Assembly: GCA_951406725.2 (NCBI GenBank)
Contig: OX597817.1
Span: forward strand, 10,478,001 to 10,542,000
From: Octopus vulgaris
Taxonomy: Eukaryota
Direction: 5' to 3'
Length of the DNA stretch: 64,000 nt
The notes beneath the pieces were generated by a model. It was not told where the DNA came from, made no database searches, and saw nothing but the letters and a program-made list of their open reading frames with translations. This document shows positions 56,001 through 64,000 of this stretch, piece by piece. The stretch's first letter is position 1; each line of letters begins with the position of its first letter. A program made the position numbers and the translations under genes.

Positions 56001-56287
56001 ACATACAAATGCATACACACATAAAAACACATACACACATACACACACAAACATGCATACACATACACATGCATGCATGCATGCACCAAAGACACCATTT
56101 ACACATACATATATGTATTATAAGACTATAAGTATGTGAATAACTAGCTACATATTAACATACCTTGGGCTATGACCATAGAATTTGGGTTCAATTCTTA
56201 CCAAATTCTTTTTCATTACTAAAATTTTTCTTTAATCCGCTTTAAATACAAATATACTCAACACATTTATGTATGCATATATATATG

Positions 56288-56366
<79 letters not shown>

Positions 56367-56368
56367 GC

Positions 56369-56438
<70 letters not shown>

Positions 56439-56467
56439 GTATATGTATGTATATGCATAAACAGATA

Positions 56468-56516
<49 letters not shown>

Positions 56517-56917
56517 CCACGATCAAAGAAATTATATAGATGTGTATCACAAGAATTATGTGAGAATCATGTGTTATTAACCATATCAAAACTAAATAAA
56601 TAGATCCAAATTCTTTGAAACCATGATCATTTTGACTGTCAGACCTGTATGTTCCCCCTCGGGGTTAAAAATGAAATTTTTGAAAGCAAGGCGAAAAAAA
56701 TTTGTAATTCTTATACTAAATTAATTTGTATATATGTTTATACATATATTTATATATATGTATATACATGTTTTGTGTGCATATAAATACACACACACAC
56801 ACACACACACAAACACACAAACACACATACATACATATACATATATACACACACATATATATGCATGTATACATACATATATATAAATACATATATATAT
56901 ATTTGTATATATGTATA

Positions 56918-56970
<53 letters not shown>

Positions 56971-57159
56971 GCATCTATATATATACATACATATATATAT
57001 ACACACACAAATGCATCTATATATATACATACATATATATATACAAACACACATCTACACTGCTTGGTTTTCTCCCAACAGCTTATTATTATGAATGAAA
57101 ATTATGAATGCATTTTCTGTATATATTAAATATACATATTACACACACACTCACACACA

Positions 57160-57199
<40 letters not shown>

Positions 57200-57479
57200 C
57201 AGCTACTTATATATTATATACTCGCATACTATGAATGCTGATGCGCTAACAACAAATTTGAATCTCTCTTACCATTCATCCAAGCATAATAATCAGTGGT
57301 GATGTGTACAACGTTGCCCAGACCATTCACTCAAAACTAACAGGGTACATAAAAGTGTGTGTATGCAAATTCTTGGGTCTGTGCATGTGTATTAATGGAA
57401 GGCATGTAAATATCACAAATACACACACAAACACACACACACACATATACATACACATATATATACATATATATATATA

Positions 57480-57528
<49 letters not shown>

Positions 57529-57736
57529 TTATTTATATATATATATTTTTTTATATATACATGCAAACACATACATAAATACATATATGTATTTATGTAA
57601 TATAACACATATGTACACACACACACACATGCATATATAATTTATATTATATTCAAAGTCATTCAGATATTTAACGTTCACATGTGGATGGAAGAAAATA
57701 AAAATCTATGAAATGTGTGTGTGTATGTTTGTGTAC

Positions 57737-57778
<42 letters not shown>

Positions 57779-57896
57779 ATGCAGCTGTGTTTGTATGTGC
57801 ATTTAGATATATGTGTATGTGTGTATATATCTGTGTGACTATATATTTATGTTTATATATGCATATAAAAATATATATATATACATGCATATATTT

Positions 57897-57946
<50 letters not shown>

Positions 57947-57952
<6 letters not shown>

Positions 57953-58038
57953 TACAAGATAAGGGCAGAACACATACACACAGTATATATATATATATAA
58001 ATACACTCACATGCACACATATATACATTTATATACCT

Positions 58039-58075
<37 letters not shown>

Positions 58076-58200
58076 GTGTATGTTTTTTCTTCTGCCCTTA
58101 TCTTGTAAATTATGTATAAATTTTACCTTTAAAGGCATTTTTTGATATGCTGGCCATTGATAAAATTTTTTCCCGAAAAAAATTTTATCCTATATCAATT
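57947..58200. mobile_element. Second copy of the 22761 foldback family, opposite orientation
   Basis: 58085-58200 is approximately the reverse complement of 22761-22878. Short inverted arm at 57947-57970. Confidence 0.8.
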
Positions 58201-58227
58201 ATATATATATATATATACATACATACA

Positions 58228-58268
<41 letters not shown>

Positions 58269-59028
58269 CATACATAGGCTCTAGAACATTAAATCCATAG
58301 CATGGTTTCAGAAGTGAATATTAAAAAAGATAACTGTGTGAAACTGGAAAACACTTAATGATCTAAACACCTATAGACATACAGTTAATACAGATATGTG
58401 TTGTTTGTGTATCTGTGTATATCTGCTTGTCTATACAAGTATCTAAATGTGTGTATTTGTCTATGTGGATTCATGTACCAATATACATTTCCTATATGCA
58501 AACATACATATTCAGATATACACAGAAATATAGATATATATTATAAAGGACTGAAAAAAAAAATATGAATGACTCACTTACACACAAACATTCACATATA
58601 AATAACATACACACACATATACATACCTGCACATGCTCAAATATAATCACATATTAACTAAACATAATTTCAAAAAAATACAAATTTCATTCTTTCACTG
58701 AATCCAAAATTCATTTTTTCGCACAAATTTTTCACGTGATATGACTTGGAAAATGAAAAAAAAGGAACTTGTTTAATTCTAAAGCATTCTGCAGAAGTTT
58801 CTGTCAAAAATTCTGAGATGCTTTTTATTTTTTTTTTTTTCTATTGTAAAAATGCTAGCATGTCTCACCAACCAAGTGTGACCCCCCACCATGAATGGGT
58901 CAGCCTGCAATGGAAACTCCAATGATACTGAGATTTTCTTTCTTCTTTTCTTATTTTTTTTTTTTCTCTTAAGAGATCGCAAATCAGAAAGGTTTGTTGT
59001 TGTTGTTGTCATTGATGATGATGATGAC

Positions 59029-59062
<34 letters not shown>

Positions 59063-59251
59063 ATGATGATGATGATGATGATGAGATTGATTATGACAAT
59101 GATCCTGATGCTGTTGCTGTTGTTGTTTAGTGGAAAGATGCTGGGACTTGTGTGTTTTCATATTTTTTAAATATTTTTTAGTTTCATTGATGTAAGAAAC
59201 TGAATAAGGATTGCCCAAAAGTGCTAACAATTCTTCTTTCCTGTATGTGTG

Positions 59252-59284
<33 letters not shown>

Positions 59285-59419
59285 ATGTATAGGTATATAA
59301 ATGTATATATGTGTGCGTGTGAGTGTATTTATATATACATATATATATATATATATATACTGTGTGTATGTTTCAGATATATATATAAATGTATGTGTAT
59401 AGTTTTTTTCTAGGCATTA

Positions 59420-59720
59420 ACCTGTGATGCCCCTTAACACATCACCAGCGATTTTTCCTGGGAGTTGTTAGGGATTTTGGGACTTTCAGTATCAGATACC
59501 ATCACCCATGCAACCCAGCCAGGGTTGGACAACCCTTAGCCTGTGTCCAGTCAACACTACTCTTGGTTGCACTACACCTTCCAGGACTTGCACCTCTTGA
59601 TCCACAGACACCTTGAGACAACCTCTGGTGCCTCCACAGCCAATTTGATGGCATTCTGCTTATTGACACCCATGATGCCAACCAAGTTATAAGTTCTGCA
59701 TAGAAATTGGCCAACATCTC
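59420..59720 (-). mobile_element. HERO-like (R2 group) non-LTR 3' end
   Basis: VGQFLCRTYNLVGIMGVNKQNAIKLAVEAPEVVSRCLWIKR..W* resembles the HERO C-terminus (AAE.ASRWLWIKR), followed by a 3' UTR. Confidence 0.7.
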
Positions 59721-59729
59721 ACTTTGATA

Positions 59730-59842
<113 letters not shown>

Positions 59843-60412
59843 TAGTCTTTTCTCAAATGTCATTGAGAAAGGCATGAGGACCTATAATCTCATTCTTCTT
59901 ATAAACCTGTGGCTAAGTGCCTATGTAGCAAATTATTATTTTTCTCTAGTAGCATTTTATTACCTTATTTGTATAACGCAAACAAGAAAACTCCAATACT
60001 ACTACTACTGCTGCTGCTGCTATTGCTTTAATTTTGTTCCTACTGCTGTCATAAACAACATTAACGAGGCCATGGCATCTTATTATCATTGTACATCACA
60101 TTACCATTGTTCAAGTCCCTTCACATTCTGAGTTCAAATCCTGCTGGAGTTGACTAATTCCTGTGGCAATAAATAAAATGAAGTACTTGTCAACTATTAA
60201 AGCTTATATATGTAGCCATATCTAATCTCCACAAAGACATGTGGCTTGGTGCCTCTGCTGAAAGCATAAGTCAATACACGGAATTATTTCCAAGAATTAC
60301 ATACACGATTCATGTCAGTGGTTACATTCCATTTTCATCCTCCTAAGCATCCCAAAGCATATTATTATTATTATTATTTATGAAGTGCTTATTCAGAGGT
60401 CATTTTCTAAAG

Positions 60413-60630
60413 CAGTGGTTTTCAACCAGGGTTCCGCGGAACCTTAGGGTCCGCCAGTACAGTCTAGGGGTTCCGCAAGAAGTTACAAAACTTCTAAAAT
60501 CGGCAGTAATTTTTAATTCTCCTGTGCAGATATGTGTGCATAAGACTATTAAATTATTGCACAGGGGTTCCTCGAGCCAGTGGAATGTTTCCTTGGGGTT
60601 CCACTCCAGCAAAAAGTTTGAAAAGCACTG
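60413..60630. mobile_element. hAT (Charlie-like) MITE
   Basis: TIRs cagtggttttcaa / ttgaaaagcactg, 8-bp TSD ttctaaag/ttcaaaag and repeated subterminal gggttcc. Confidence 0.88.
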
Positions 60631-62972
60631 TTCAAAAGCATAATAATAATGTTTCATAACTAGAATATATTTTCATAAAATAGATCATCTAATTTAAGAT
60701 AAAGGTTGAAATTAGAGTGTTTCTGTATGCGTGTGTTAGTGTGTTTGCTTGTGTTTGTGTGTGTGTGTGTGCATGCGTGCACGTTGCGTGCTTGTTTAGA
60801 TGTGCTATTCCAGATATTTTTAAAAGGCACCGTAGATCAAAAAGTAAATAAGCTCCAAGTAAACCTAAGACTATGACCTATAAAATCTTACTTCATGTAT
60901 ACAACAAATGTCCTTGAGAAAAATATGAATATCACAGAATCCCTTTTATGTTATCCACCCTAAAAATAAAGACCCTTTATGTATGCAATACTACTTTAGT
61001 TTACAGCTTAAATTATTGCCATACAACTATTTCAGTAATATTTAGATTTTCATATATATGGCCCTAATTATCTTTTCACTGGTGTCATAATATCTTTAAC
61101 AAAGGGTCCTCTTTTATCGTTTAATTATATCTATAAAGCAGTCTTCAGCAATTTGCTTTGATGTTAATTCAGTATTTGACCAATCCTACCTTAGCTCAAA
61201 TTAGTGATAGAACCATTGGGAACTGATTCTTTCTATAAGTGTAACATATCTGTGACTACAGCAAACATATATAAAGTGACCACTTTATGCTGTTCACACA
61301 TACACCCACACTAAGCCACTGCTTAGGAGACAGGTGCACAGGGAAGGATCTATCATTTTATGGCATCAAAATAGTTTTTCTGATGATGATTATTGAAGTA
61401 CACACATACAAAATTAACACACATACATTCATACACACATTTCATTATTTATATACATAAAAGCAAAACTATTTCAGCCATCACCCTAAAACAAGTATAA
61501 CTTAGTAATACATACTATAGTTTCACTAGATTTTTAACTTGCCCATGTAGTTCTGAGCAGACTCAATCTTGCCTGTGCAATATCCATGATGTGCCAGCTG
61601 GTGGAGACAGAAGGCTGCAACAGTTCTAGACAGGTACTCAGTTTTCAGCTGAGAGGACTGGAGCTACATAAAATGAAGTGCCTTGCTCAAGGACACAATG
61701 CATTGCCCTGTACAAGAACCAAACCCATGACCATATGACCATGAATCCAACATCGTAACAACTTAGCCACTTGCTCTCACACATATAAATACATACAATA
61801 AATATAAAAGTAATTTTTTAAATATGATGGTTAGTTGAATAAGCAATTGTATATAATACAGGTGTTTTCTCTGAGTACTTCAACTATCCCAGGAGATGGA
61901 AGGCCTTATATGGAAATAAAAGCCCTCTGAGCATTTAAAAGAATTTAATAGTTGTTCTTACTGCAAACTACTGCTGTTGATCTACTAAATAAATAAAATA
62001 ATTATGAAAGATCTTAATCTATGTATGATCATTTTAAAGTAGACAGTTTTGTATCTTAGAATCAGAGGTTGTTTCAGGTGGGTTAAAAAAAAGTTACCTT
62101 CTCAAGTCATGCTGACTAATAAGGGCCGGTTTCCCACTTTCCATGGCATATAAATTCTTGTTAGGTGAGTGAACTGGAGCAACGTGAAATGAAGCGTTTT
62201 GCTCAAGAATATGTATTACCCAGTCCAGGAATTGAAACCACAATCTTACAATCATGAGTTTAACAACCTAAGCTATATGTCTCTACATTTCAGGTGGGTT
62301 GGTATCAAAAACTTAGATTAAGGTCAGCCCCCGACATACTATGATTTTTTTCTATAGTCAACTACCACACACTTATATAGCAGCAATCTGTGGTTATTAT
62401 TAATGATAGTAGCTACCATTTTTGTTACACACCTCATCATTATCATAATAGTTACTGTTGCTGTTGCTACTGTTCCTGGTTGTGGGTATTGTCTTGCAGT
62501 GATACCACTAAGGCTCTTCATATATTGTTTGGGGAACGCTTTCCCCCTTGGTAAGCAACAATAATAGTTATTTGCCAAGCGTGTTGTTTTCCTTCCAACG
62601 TTGATATGCCATTTTTAAGAGACATTAAGTGATTGCTTTATTTGGGTAAAACATTGTTTGGTTTCATTCCTTCACCCTTTGAAATATCCAATATAATTAA
62701 CAATTGTATAATGCTTTATAACCTACACTTTGGATAATATATCTTGGGGTAGGGAACACAGGTGTTGGCATACATTATCAAAGTGTGGGTAAGCAGCAAA
62801 CAAATTACATTTCAGTATTACAATATGACTACTAAATGTTCTACCATTGATTTGGTAGAGATCCTCTTTTACATACATACATGTAAATATATATACATAC
62901 ATATATATACATAGATATATGTGTGCGTGAATGCATATCTATACATACTTACATATATATATATACATATAC

Positions 62973-63016
<44 letters not shown>

Positions 63017-63184
63017 ATTATTATTATTATAATTATTACAAAGTTGTATAGTAACCCTTAATTCCTTTATATATATATATATAGCCTCAAATAGACCTAC
63101 ACATGTTTTTTTGCATTGATTAGTAACCATTGCAATTGCAACCCTACTATAATACCGGTGCAATTTCTTCAGAGTCTACCTGTC

Positions 63185-63227
<43 letters not shown>

Positions 63228-63380
63228 CACACATATATATATATATGTATACATATATACATGTATATGATATATGTGTGTGCATGTGTATATATATATA
63301 TACATATATATACACATTTGTAAATATGTATGTGTATACATTTATGAATATATATATATATATATATATAAATATATATT

Positions 63381-63708
63381 ACGTTTTGGGATTTGGTTTG
63401 CAAGATTCTTTATGTGAGTTCGTGTGTTGAAGCATATTCTGTTGTGTCTGGGGAGAGTCATTTTCTTTTTGTGCCTTATAATTTAAGTCACTCACTCATA
63501 AAATGTCCACTTATTTCTTTTTTTTATTTTCCTAAAATTTTCGTTGCGTCTTGAAACTTTTTCAATAGTTTTGACTCTTGAAAAGGTTGCAAGATGCAAC
63601 GAAAAGTTTAGGAAAATAAAAATAAGAAATAAGTGGAAATTTTACCAGTGAGTGTGTTAAATTATAAGGCACAAAAAGAAAATGACTCTCCCTAGACACA
63701 AGAGTATG
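63381..63708. mobile_element. Foldback element in (TA)n with ~125-bp arms and a left tail
   Basis: 63442-63568 pairs with 63573-63701. Confidence 0.88.
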
Positions 63709-63784
63709 TATATATATATATGTATATGTATATATATATGTAAATATATGTATATATGTATATATATGTATATATATATGTATG

Positions 63785-63852
<68 letters not shown>

Positions 63853-64000
63853 TGTTTGTATGTAACAGAGCCATCTTCAGAACAGTTTCTGTCTAATAAA
63901 ATCTTGAAAGGTTATAAAATCAAAAAGAAGGAATACTGATACGGCAAGCCAAATCTACTAAACTACTTCAGTTGCCAGTTGTAGCAGTTATACTCTGATT

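Overview
AT-rich, microsatellite-saturated eukaryotic intron or intergenic DNA. The SINE families and extreme (TA)n density resemble Octopus/coleoid genomes (inference from recalled repeat families). No complete protein-coding gene is supported, and almost all ORF-track entries are microsatellite artefacts. The window holds four or five SINE families and decayed non-LTR elements (R4/Dong in (TAA)n, RTE, HERO-like, I-group). It also holds Penelope-like (PLE) ORF relics, a Tc1/mariner transposase relic, three MITEs, a 30-nt U2 snRNA fragment and a ~7-kb higher-order satellite. The strongest signal is a set of short elements sitting inside (TA)n tracts. Several carry type I hammerhead ribozyme motifs with palindromic stem III (two essentially intact, some with very large stem/loop II). 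Several form 40-125 bp foldback hairpins with a single unpaired tail, the architecture expected of PLE pseudo-LTR derivatives.
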